Assembly: GCA_000934665.2 (NCBI GenBank)
Contig: JYFJ02000340.1
Span: 1 to 64,000, forward strand
DNA length: 64,000 nucleotides
Reading direction: 5' to 3'
DNA from: Catajapyx aquilonaris
Taxonomy: Eukaryota
Shown here: piece by piece, positions 39,782 to 50,397 of the stretch
Numbering within the stretch: the stretch's first letter is position 1
Layout: every line of letters begins with the position of its first letter
The notes under the pieces: model-generated
Databases searched by the model: none
Seen by the model: only the letters and a program-made list of their open reading frames with translations
Told to the model about the DNA's origin: nothing
Translations under genes and position numbers: made by a program

Positions 39782-40031
39782 TGTTGGGTTAGTGCTCACC
39801 CAGAGGGTATTTGCACGGACCTTTATTTCAATCGAAGTATACATGGTGCCATATTCGAAGCGCCCGGGCCCACGGGCAGGATGACAGGAGGGGATGTGCA
39901 AGTGCAGTGCAGTAACGGTGCTTGGTCGTTTTGTGAACTCCCCCGGGTGGTTTAGTCTGTGGATATACCACCCGAGACGAAGCCAGAGACGACCCCAGAA
40001 CTCTGCACGAGATGAAGGGGGTGTCCCCCAA
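39713..40031 (-). mobile_element. 5'-truncated SINE family B copy with a long trinucleotide tail
   Basis: The body matches 3904-3983 plus 4229-4410 and the tRNA head is missing. TSD TTATAAAATATT at 39701-39712 and 40032-40043. (AAT)n on the plus strand at 39713-39780. Confidence 0.85.
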
Positions 40032-40269
40032 TTATAAAATATTCACACCTAGTCAAAAAGTGCCTGATATTAGAATGGGCCTTTGTTCATTTTGTTCACA
40101 AACTAGTGTACCGGTACCAGTTTCGCTATTGTATAACTTTTTCCAGTTGAAAATCCATGCAGTACAAAACTAAAAACTAAAAAAAAAAAAAACGCTTTTT
40201 CTGGAACTGTTTGGGGAGTAGGGGTGGATGAAGCAAAATGCCTGCATAGGTAACTATGTTGTTCTGTTG

Positions 40270-40422
40270 GAATTGATCTAGGACTCTAGGTGATGAGAAA
40301 GCCCACACTAACATGGGGAGAATATAATTATCAAAACTCCTTACACCTGCAAAATCCTCTGACCGGACCGGGAATCGAACGAAGTACCCCGGAGGTGGAA
40401 GGACATGTGTTAGCCACTGCAC
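40270..40422 (-). mobile_element. Decayed tRNA-derived SINE remnant
   Basis: Minus strand GCAGTGGCTAACAC...GTTCGATTCCCGG followed by TTCTCCCCATGTTAGTGTGGGCTTTCTC. A similar segment occurs at about 36608-36640. Confidence 0.45.
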
Positions 40423-43246
40423 TTGTTTGTGGAAAGCACGTCATCTTGAATCGGTTGTTAAATAATCAGATTCATGAAAAATGTGGCATGATCTCCGGCA
40501 TCGACAGATACAGTAGATTTAATTTTTAATATCGGTAGTTTTTGTCAATTAATAGGAAATAAAAGAGTTGGTATTCATATGTGACTGAATTCATTGCTTT
40601 TGACCAACCGGGATCTGAAAAATGCAATTTGGCCACATTTTAATTTGAAATGACCACAAAACACGCTCAAAGAATGAAACCATTTTCAGTGAATGTTATT
40701 CACTGCTGCAAAGTTTGTATTTAAAATGTGGCCAAAGCCCTGTCGACAAAATGGAATGACTGGCACTATATACCATACAGTACATTCCAATTTTACCGAA
40801 ACATAATGGTAGTTGCATATGTAGAATGACATCTATCCCTGAACAAAATCTGTTTGACATATGAGAGCAGCCATAATAATGTAAACCAATATGACTGTCT
40901 CCTGAGTTGATTTAAATAGTACTCGTTCAGTATACGAGCAGTTCTATTTGAATTAGGAAGGAAACTAGTGCAGTGGATTTTAATACTGAAACTTGTTTGT
41001 ATAGGAATTATGGCCATTACCATATAGGGGATCACTTGATGCATATACATACACACATAGTGCATGCATATTTAACTGCTACCGCTTGTGGGAGCGACAA
41101 TAAAAGCGAGAATATTTTTGCGCCTATTTCCAAGTCAGGTTTGTTGCACCTGAATTTGCGACCGAATTCAATCCATCGATTCATTAAAGTGTGCCCTGGT
41201 CCCTTTGAAACCACTGTAAACGCGCAACTTTCGTCAGAACGAAGGAGATAGAAGTCGTCAGAGTATACAAACAGCCCTTCACTGTCTACCTGCACCTTAT
41301 TGCTCCCAAACATCATCACGAGTTGGAACGTGCTCCGTTCTCGCCGAGTTTTCCCATAGTGCACGTGCTTCAGACGAGTAGTCTACTCCTTCCCATGAGA
41401 GTTGAGTCAAGTAGCAACGTGACAGACTATATCTTTCCTGCCTTTCTTCAAGCCGGTACTGCAAAAACCGTGCTCTAAGGCTGGTTTTGCAATTTCCTCC
41501 TAATGACATTAATAATTGTCTACTTCCAAAGTTTCTAATATATAATTATTTTAACACATCTTACATCGTTTCTTGCCTGGGATCGATACAGGATGGCCAC
41601 TCAAGTACTCCCCGACAGCAATAACACGAAGAAGTTCTTAGACTGATAATTTATATCCGGAATGTTTAAAGAAGCTTATGCCTACACAAGAAGAATAGGC
41701 AATAACGCTAACACAATATAAGCACATTGTAGCTGCCGGGATGATCCTGACATATTTCTTACGGAGTCAGAAATGCAAGAAAATTATGGCTATCATGTAA
41801 GCAAGTGCGTTGTATTACACCATGTGCCCGGAAAGCAGTCTTTTGAAGTCACTTAGTCTAACGATCCTTTTATCCCACTGGGTCATATAACAATATTCCA
41901 ACTTTTTACTTTCCTAAATGCCGTCCTCAAGCACCGCTTCTATACTAGCAACTTTGATGGTGTCTTAAAGATCCATGAGTATGATACAATTTTATTAGAG
42001 GCTTTCATTATTCTCATGTGCAAGTCTGGCAATGGCGCTCACGCTAATCCGACATGTAAGCACCACAGACACACTCAGTAGTCAATAATTCTCCCCTGAT
42101 ATTTAAACACTATTATGATCAAGAAGCAAGTCGTTTTTAAATTGATAGAAATAAGGGAGAGAAAATGGGGATCAACATTTTTGCTTGCAAAAGTTCACAC
42201 AGATTAGAACAAAAGAAAATTGCTTATTTTTAAAATTAGAACACCAGAATCTTTACAATAATTAACAGCATGACGTTTTGTACCTCTGGACGAGTCATCT
42301 GATGTAATACAAGTATGATATGAGGGTAGCAATGTATGTCGGCAAACAATAGAGGACCAACACCCCCTCTCTCACCCACCATCGCTCTAAACAATGATGT
42401 GAAACATGAGCGCCTGCCTCTCTCCACAAATGAAAGAGCCGCTGAATAAAAAGCGCTTCATAAGCTACAGTACGACACACTGTTCAACCCAGTAAAAATT
42501 TAGATGTTCTAGTTTTAAAACATGTGCAATGACTTTTGTCCATATACCTACGTGCAGCACTTTAGAATTTGCGGACTGTTTGAGATCTCTTCCCCTGTCC
42601 TGGTTTTTCGTTGCTCCGCCATGATTACTGTGGTGCGGCGGTGGTAGAGTTCGTCCGAACCAAGATGCCTGATCTCGATGAATCAACAAACGAATGGACC
42701 CAGGAGAGAGGAGGAGCAAGGCAGAGGCGGAGGAAAGAAAGACGGGACGGGCCGTTGGCCCCCGGGGGAACCAGGGAGTGGGCTAGCTAAGCTCTTCCGA
42801 CACCCCAAAAGGTCTCCAACTCAAAGAAAGACATAAATCACCTGATCCTTCAAAGTTCTGCACCTTTCGCTTCAATTAAAAATCGACAAAAAAATGCCAA
42901 CATATAGATGTCCTCCAGCATGGGAATATAGTTTCAGCACATATTGGCAAGCATATAAGGTAGAGCTCAATTCTGAAACACACCTTATATATACTGTTAA
43001 TTTTGTAACCCTGCTCTTAGGATAGTTACTTTCCATTTTCCTACATTGTTCAGCTATAGCTGAATCTAATTGTAAAGCTACTCCATTTTGATATTCTACA
43101 TAGGGTAATCCCTGCGGGCACGTTCCGCAGCAGAGTACATGTGGGGGGGGAAAGGGTAGGCAGAAACTAAGGTTTCAAAAATTATGTCTACGCAAGAAGT
43201 CTGCGCAGTTTATATGACTCCATCCACTGGCAGAGAATCCATGTGG

Positions 43247-43323
43247 TATATTCTCCTCCTGATTGGGGGTAAGGTGCACCTAAACTTTAGATGCACCTTA
43301 TACCTAATCAGGAGGAGAATATA
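43247..43323. repeat. 77-nt near-perfect palindrome (probable mini-MITE)
   Basis: 38-nt arms, 1-nt centre, 4 mismatches. Confidence 0.9.
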
Positions 43324-43325
43324 AC

Positions 43326-43388
43326 ACAGTCCCTAAGAGAAATTATACGATTTAGATTCTAAAGCGTCTAATTTCTCTTAGGGACTGT
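43326..43388. repeat. 63-nt near-perfect palindrome (probable mini-MITE, CAGT end)
   Basis: 31-nt arms ACAGTCCCTAAGAGAAATTA..., 1-nt centre, 2 mismatches. Confidence 0.9.
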
Positions 43389-44025
43389 AGTTACCAGAAA
43401 TATGACCCGACAATCAGACTGATAATACCCTACAAGGAATATACGCCTAACTCACTTTTGATATATGGCTAATCGTCTTTCGTGTTAGCATTAGTCAGAG
43501 TGAGGATATGATCAGGGTTGATGATAAGACTTGGGCTTACCATGGGTGAGGGAGAAGCCAGTATATGCATGTCACTTTTAAGCCTTGGAGTGGTGACAAT
43601 CCGCACAGGTGAACCTCCGCCTGCGTGACTTGCGTTATAGGAAACCGAGTTTGGAGGGTTCGCCTGCAGCAGGCAGCACCAGCAGGAATCTCCGGATTGG
43701 CAATTAACGAGCGCATAATGTGCAATATGATAGTGTCATGCGAAGGGTCAGTCGAGGTGAGTTAATTGTGACGGAGAATGTAACCGCGTCGGGTTTATGA
43801 TCTCATTAGGATTATGAAGCTAATTATAGTAAGCAGGATTGGAGAATGTTCGCAACCCCACTTGCTGGAATGCGGGCTTGATGGATCATTTTCTTCGGAC
43901 TGTTTTGGCCCTTCCCACATAAAAGACGAGAAAACCCCCGTGCTAAGAGGAAGAAGGAGAAGAGAGAAAATAAGATGGATTTGCAGGTGATGTAGGGCTA
44001 ATCTTAAACGTGTGTGTGGTAATTA

Positions 44026-44134
44026 CCGTAAATTTCCCCTCCCATTAAGGATTCCCGGCTTCCTTGTTCCGCAGAACCATTTCCACTATCTTCCAACAAA
44101 CGTGGACCGCATGTTGCCAGCCTGATATTTACGG
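44026..44134. mobile_element. Possible small pogo-like MITE remnant
   Basis: AATTA|CCGTAAAT ... ATTTACGG|TAATT. Only a short inverted match. Confidence 0.35.
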
Positions 44135-47100
44135 TAATTGTCTACCAGCAGGATCCACTTTTTCACCGCCAGGCCTCCCCTAATAAAATAAATATGCCCA
44201 GGATTAATTGGGCCCTACTTATTGTGCGACGCAAACTAAGAAATTCCGCTTTCCTGAACTACTGGAGGAGAGCATAAACGTGATCAATACTTCACTATTA
44301 CAATTTATGGCCGATATATTACAGTATCTAGCCAGCTAGCCTTCCCCTCACTTGGTCATAACCACATTTTCTTCTTAGATGAAATAGTTTATTACTAATA
44401 ATGTCACTCAAGGACTAGCGTATTTTGCACTTGCAGCACCATTATTTGATCCTAAGCTGCTTATTTCAAGCAGTTATTTTCAGGAGCAATCAAAGCATTA
44501 TCCTTCTGATGTTAGGTTGAATAGAGGCATTCCTTCAGGTCCTGAATCGCAATAAATTTCTGAGCTAAGGCATTGGAAATGGTCCATTTGGAACCCATTG
44601 GCATCCGAGGTCAATGGCTGAATCTATTTTCATCAGGCCAGACACCCCCCTGCAGTGGCAAAAAATAGGTCAATTCAACATAATAACGACATAGTGGTTT
44701 AGGTGATTCCTGAAAGGAGCTTTTCCTAAATGACACAAAAAACCGACAATCTATTTAAGTAAGTTATAGAGTATTATACAGTATGAGGTAATCTATGGCC
44801 TGCACTATATACATATTGCGAAACAGTTTGTAAAATACGGAGGAAACTGGTTGTGTACGAAGGATTCTGAAACTCCTGGGATCTAGTACGAATTTATTGG
44901 ATCAAACCTAAACTTCTGGTATCAGGTCCATAAGCTTGGAGTACCCTACAGCCCTACCTTCACAACACGTTAGGATAGGGCATCGATGGAGATTATAGGT
45001 TTTGTCAGGTTAGTGTTTTTGCAATGCCAAAGTGGCGATGCCTCCGACTAGATGAGCAGTGGTGGCATTACTAGTGGGTATGAACTATAGCCACGCCCTT
45101 TTCCGGGATAATACATTTAGCCACTTATTTTACAAATTATGATGATGGCATAATAATAAGCGCTTTGATGGAATGGGTATTATATGCTTCGCCTAGCTTC
45201 ATGCGGCAGAAATAACAAATACCAGATACTCCCCAATAATCACTATTGAAGGTTCAGAGTATTACCTTGTTAAGCGCTTATTGGATTATTATTGCAATAG
45301 AGGAAAAGTATAGTCCAAATAGCTGCAGGCATCTAGAGAAAAATAGAGCATAATCTGTGTCATTGTCGCAATGGGCACAGGTCCAGGATGGTATGGAATG
45401 AAATAAGAGAGAAAAACCAAACCACTAGTCGTTTTCATTTGATTTTGCAATAATACGCCAAAATCATCGTACTCTTCTAATAAGCTGTAGTGGGGCAGGC
45501 CTAGAGGACTGTTAAATTACTGATTAGCCGATTCCCGCTGATTAATTAAAAATATTAATATCCTCATCAAGCCAAAAAAGTTCCCCTTATACAATGATTA
45601 AAGCGTTTGCAGAACATGAAAAATTGATTCGGACACTGATTGTTTAAATAATTGGCTCAGCCTTAATGATACCCCGCTTTTTCGCTTTCTTTAGCACACA
45701 GACAAGCGTTTATAAAAATGGCTTCATTATTTTTCAAACGCAATAATCTTACACATCCCAAGTCTCTATAAGGCCAAATGTATAGTTTTTAAAGATTTTG
45801 CTTCATTTCCTTCTCTTGTTCAAGAGGAAGGTTTGTTTCTTAAGGTGGCCTTATTCTGTCCTCTCATCAAACACGTTCATAAAGGATTAATCACATAAAG
45901 TCTAGCTATATACCAAGAGAGCATGTCTAAATCACACACAAAAAAACAGTGACAAGCTGGTACGGTTGGTTTCCCAGCAGCCATCCCAGATCTGTGCCAT
46001 GTAACCTTGAAAAAGCTGGTGATGACGTTGGATCGTTAGTGGAACCTGCACGGTATGCATGGGCAGAGCTGTGGCAAAATTGTCGTCATTTCGGTCGTCC
46101 CCCAAGCAAAGCCCACTCTACTCCCGTCACACTTTTCCCTTGATTTATGCTTTCCTTCAGACGCTTGAAGGACATTTCGTGAGTGTTTAAGTTACTCCTA
46201 TCGAGTCAATCTCCCAATAAAAGATTTGGGTGGAGCCATGTGACCTCCGGGGGACTAGAGGGGAATGAGAAGCCGGGGCAGTTTTTCCAGGGTGGGGGGG
46301 CTCCCAAAATGAGTTAATTTGGAGTCGAGTTTCCTTGGAGTCGTTTTTGTGTCCCGTGCTCATGATTTACCGAAGGTTAAGTGTGGAACCGGCAAGACGT
46401 ATCGCCGACGCAGGAAGCACGAACCTCCTTTCCTAGGGACCTTTACTCCGCCTGCAGCTTGCCCCAGCCTTCTTCCTCTTGATTTCATTACTGAATATAA
46501 ACTCTCACGCTGTCTCCTTCAAATAATTCCCTATTGACTCTAGGGCCGGCTCCAGCCGCACTTTTTTTTTTCTTCGCTTTGAAATCTACCGGTCCAACGA
46601 CTCCGCTCCCAAGGCGGTAACGACTCTGGAAAAACCAGCTTTTCTCGCTTTTGTGCTAGCTAACACCTCGACTGGGTGTCACCTACTGCTAGTAGCCTCT
46701 AGCAGCATGGTGTCTGCGCAGTTGAAATACTGCAACGTAGCACCTTCTAGCTCTCAGAAAGCCTGGGGCACTCATACTTGACGTTACACGGTGGTATTGG
46801 GCCCACCCTGTTTGGTTTCGGCATAGAAAATGATTGTGTTGGCGTGTGTGTGGCTCGTAGCGCAAGTGCATGCAACACGTCACGCCGTTCCTGCCGTTCA
46901 AATTACTATTGTAGTTGACCTCCACCAAAATTGAAATTCGGCTATTTATACCCGACTGCGCACCTTTACCTCCCTAAGGTATATTTTATTTCACCTTCAC
47001 ACCAGAGCGCTTCTCTACGAACCTGTCACAAGTTCTGAAGGTTTGTTCGCTTCCTTGCTATTCATTGCTCAGAGGCAGAAGCATGTTTATAGTGCAGGCT

Positions 47101-47577
47101 ACGTAACTTGTACAGTACCCGCTCGATATCAGAGTATATCAGGTTCATGGATAAGACATGCCAACGTGCACAGTATTTTTTAAAACTTCCGAGTGGTATA
47201 GGTAAATAAGCGAGATGTTATTTGACAACAGTTCCGGAGGTACGTATACAGTCGCCAACAAAATTAGGGTACCAGACCTGAATCAAGTTTAGCCTGAAGG
47301 GTATGCCCGGGTATGCCATACGAACCACCCCGATGGCTGTTTTCATTTCCAAGATTGTTTGGCCTCGGCTAGTTGGTCTACCCTTCAGGATAAATCCGAG
47401 AGACCGAGCATTATGCCAGTTCACTGTAAAACGTACGGTGAGTGCTTATGGAGCAGACACACCACCGGTTTTACAGTGAACTCGTTTGTTCGTCCACAGA
47501 GACTACTGCAGGATAAAATCTGGATAATGCATCAAAAGGGACAAGGAAGGCTGAACGATTCATGCTTGTGTAAGTGC

Positions 47578-47655
47578 TTCCCCCGCCAGGAATCGAACCT
47601 GGGTCTACACTGGGTATTCACACCAGTGTTCGCTCTACCACTAAGCTACGGGAGC
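47578..47655 (-). pseudogene. tRNA-like sequence (pseudo-tRNA or SINE head) with an enlarged anticodon arm
   Basis: GCTCCCGTAGCTTAGTGGTAGAGCG-AACACTGG-TGTGAATAC-CCAGTGT-AGAC-CCAGG-TTCGATT-CCTGG-CGGGGGA. Good A and B boxes, D arm and T arm; non-canonical anticodon arm and mismatched first acceptor pair. Confidence 0.7.
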
Positions 47656-49525
47656 GTCAGCACAGGCATTGTACCGCATCCATGTCGGCTGGTAGTACAT
47701 CCTTTTAAATATTTAGTTCGGCGAGTTGTTCCAATTAACTATTAGTTTTTGCACTGGAGAAGGTACGGAAGGGTTATGAACTTGGACAGATGGGTTCAGT
47801 TAGAGAATAATTATTTCGCATTACCGTTATTCTGTCGTTTGCATGAATATCACGGTACTGGAGACGCGCCAAGTGAGGACTTGCATAGCGACTGTAAACA
47901 GTGTGAAAATTAATTACCACAATTGGAATGGCAGGCAGTACTGTACACATCGCACAATGCCAACCGCATAATAAAATTTTAAAACGAGCTGGCACAAGCG
48001 GGGATACAGAAAGTACAGAGCTGTTGAGATATAGGCACTGTACTTCCATCAAACCTACTTCATTTAATAGCCTAATAGGAAAAAAAAACTGGACTCCAAT
48101 TGGCACGTTAACCGTGAACCTACCGATTTTCCAGAACGTGTGCAAAACAGTCTTCCTTGGCTCCCCCTGGTACCCGTGGGATGGAAAATCTGAATATCAT
48201 CGGGGTGCTGTCAGACGCACATAGAGTAAGGCAACTTCCCCAGGCTGTACGTGAAATGGGTGGCGATGACAGCAAGCAGCACCTATACAATATTGATGAC
48301 GACGCTTTTGGAATGAGGGGTGGGTGAGGCCGCATTAGTGCTGCGGGGGAATCTCCTTCAAGCAACCAAGCCCCTGGCTATCCCCCTGCAGGAAGGGCTC
48401 ATCAGGTGCGATGGACCAGCAAGTACTGTACATGGTGTAGAACTGTAGTGCAGACTTTTTTTTAAATGTGTAAGCCTAGGCTCCACACTTTTTCACCTCC
48501 ACATTTTTTCCCCTTCATTTATTAACCTCCCCTGAATTTCATTAGGGGCAACTCGAGCTATTTAATCCCTTCACGCCCAACTTTTGTCTCCACAGCTGGG
48601 GCCACATTTCTCTCTCTACGGCCTGAAAAAAGGGGGTGCAAAAAGAGGGTGGGGAGAGGAGGGGGATGGAAGGGTAGGGGAGGGTTGAAAAATCTGCAGG
48701 CTACCTGGCGCCAGTTGGCCAGCCACCAAGCGCCAAGGGAAAACCCGCTTAGTTAAGCAAGTCCTTGGCCCTAATCAAATATCGAACACGAGTTCAAACT
48801 CACAACGCAGCAGTCTAAGCCATTCAACAAGACTTTTGTATGTACATAGTAGCTTGTTTCAGGGACCACTGTTGTCTTGGTCAGCGCAAGTTCCTGCAGG
48901 AAGACGAGTATGCTCAGCTCTTTGCTTTAAAGTAGCACCTCTGGGAGTGTAAGCCTTGGCTACAGGCAATGTTGACAACTGTATCGTCATGTAGAACATT
49001 TTCTCATACTCTGCAGCTATGGTGTGACCCGAATGCAGTGTATTCTACACTGTGCAGAGTAATTACGCTTTCTCACGTTAAATTTCAAGTACGGCGTGTC
49101 AGAATAGTAATTTTCTCATGAGTGTAGTTCATCATTCTGACGTCTTTTCATGCATTAAACTCTAATCACCCATTAGTAGAACACAGTCTAATATATCTGC
49201 AACGTGCAAGGCTATCTCGCACACTCACGTCACATACTTTGTATGATTCCACGCATGAAAACATCATTAGAGTAGGGTATGTGGTTGCCTAGAAGAATAA
49301 TGAATTAAATGTGACTTGCACGGAAATATTCTGAAACTTTGTATAATTTACGTACCTAGAGAACTTGCTTATCAATCATGTCTTCAAAAGTGCGTGTCAT
49401 TAAAACTTAGATGGAATAATACCAAACTTTGGCACAGTCAACTGAATGAAGTCACTAGGAACAGCATTATGATAATTATGTAATGCCTCAATTAGCGGAT
49501 TATTATTGAGGCGGCCTAGTATATA

Positions 49526-50397
49526 CGAGGGGCGTTCGGAAAGTATTTACACTTTATTTTTTTGCCACAAATACATGGCTCATGCAGGTCAGCTGATAGG
49601 TATGCATTATCAATAGAACCCTCCTGGAGCAGAATGCACTAATTCCACGGGTGTGCCAACCTCTCCAGGCCCTCCAGGAACCACTTTTTGGAGGTTCGGG
49701 GCACCCACTCCCGTACAACTTCTTCCTGTTCAACAATGTCCTCGACATGGCATCGGCTGAGGGTTTTTTTTTCATGACTCCGAACAGTTGAAAGTCACAG
49801 GGGGCCAGCCCGGGGGATTTCGGCGGGTGTGGAAGCACCCAAAGGCAGATCCACTATAAAAACCCTTCGCCGGCGCCATTTCCAGGACATTATTGACAGT
49901 AGTTGTTGACTACCCGGCACTGCGCTGGTGGTCTAGTGGTTAGCGCGCTCGCCTCTATAGACCCAAAGTTGTGGGTTCGAACCCGGTCGAGGTCGGTGAC
50001 TTTTCTCCGGGTGGTAGAAAAGTGAGAGTGCGCCTTCCTTCGGAGGGGAAGTAAAGCCGTCGGTCCCGTGTGCTTGTGACATTGCGCGAGTGCACGTTAA
50101 AGATCCCCGGAGTGGCCAAATTTCCAGGAGGAGGACCACCCCCTGGCGTCGGTGTTGAGCCTTGCGGCAGAAATAGGCCGACGTTAAGCCCCATGACTGT
50201 AAGCAGTTGTCCGGGAGTTGGTGCACCGCTCCTCTAAAAAGTGGTTCCTGGAGTACCTGGAGAGGTTCCCTACCCATGACTCATGTGCATTCGTATCCAG
50301 GAGGGTTCTGTCGATAATGTGTGCCTATCTGCCGACCTGCATGGTCCCTGTATTTGTGGCAAAAAATTAAGTGTAAAGACTTTCCGAACCCCCCTCG
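49526..50397. mobile_element. Mariner-derived element made of two inverted 3' ends, with a nested SINE
   Basis: TA|CGAGGGGCGTTCGGAAAGT ... ACTTTCCGAACCCCCCTCG|TA. The minus strand encodes LPHPPKSPGLAPCDFQLFGVMK (mariner HPPYSPDLAPxD motif). The inverted match extends about 200 nt. Confidence 0.9.
49912..50193 (+). mobile_element. tRNA-derived SINE, family C, with a Deu/Nin-like central domain
   Basis: A-box TGGTCTAGTGG, B-box GGTTCGAACCC, central CCTTCGGAGGGGAAGTAAAGCCGTCGGTCCC...GCACGTTAAAGATCCC, and a GACGTTAAGCCCCA end. The domain assignment is from recalled consensus, not a search. Confidence 0.8.

Noticed and set aside
48370..48410. Minus-strand CTGATGAG plus a short stem resembling a hammerhead ribozyme core; also CTGATGAGAAAC near 27500-27511
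   Set aside because: The first has GATA instead of GAAA, the second lacks stem II, and no convincing stems I and III were found.
48631..48686. G-rich tract able to form a G-quadruplex (also near 37230 and 55720)
   Set aside because: Ordinary low-complexity purine tracts with no evidence of function.
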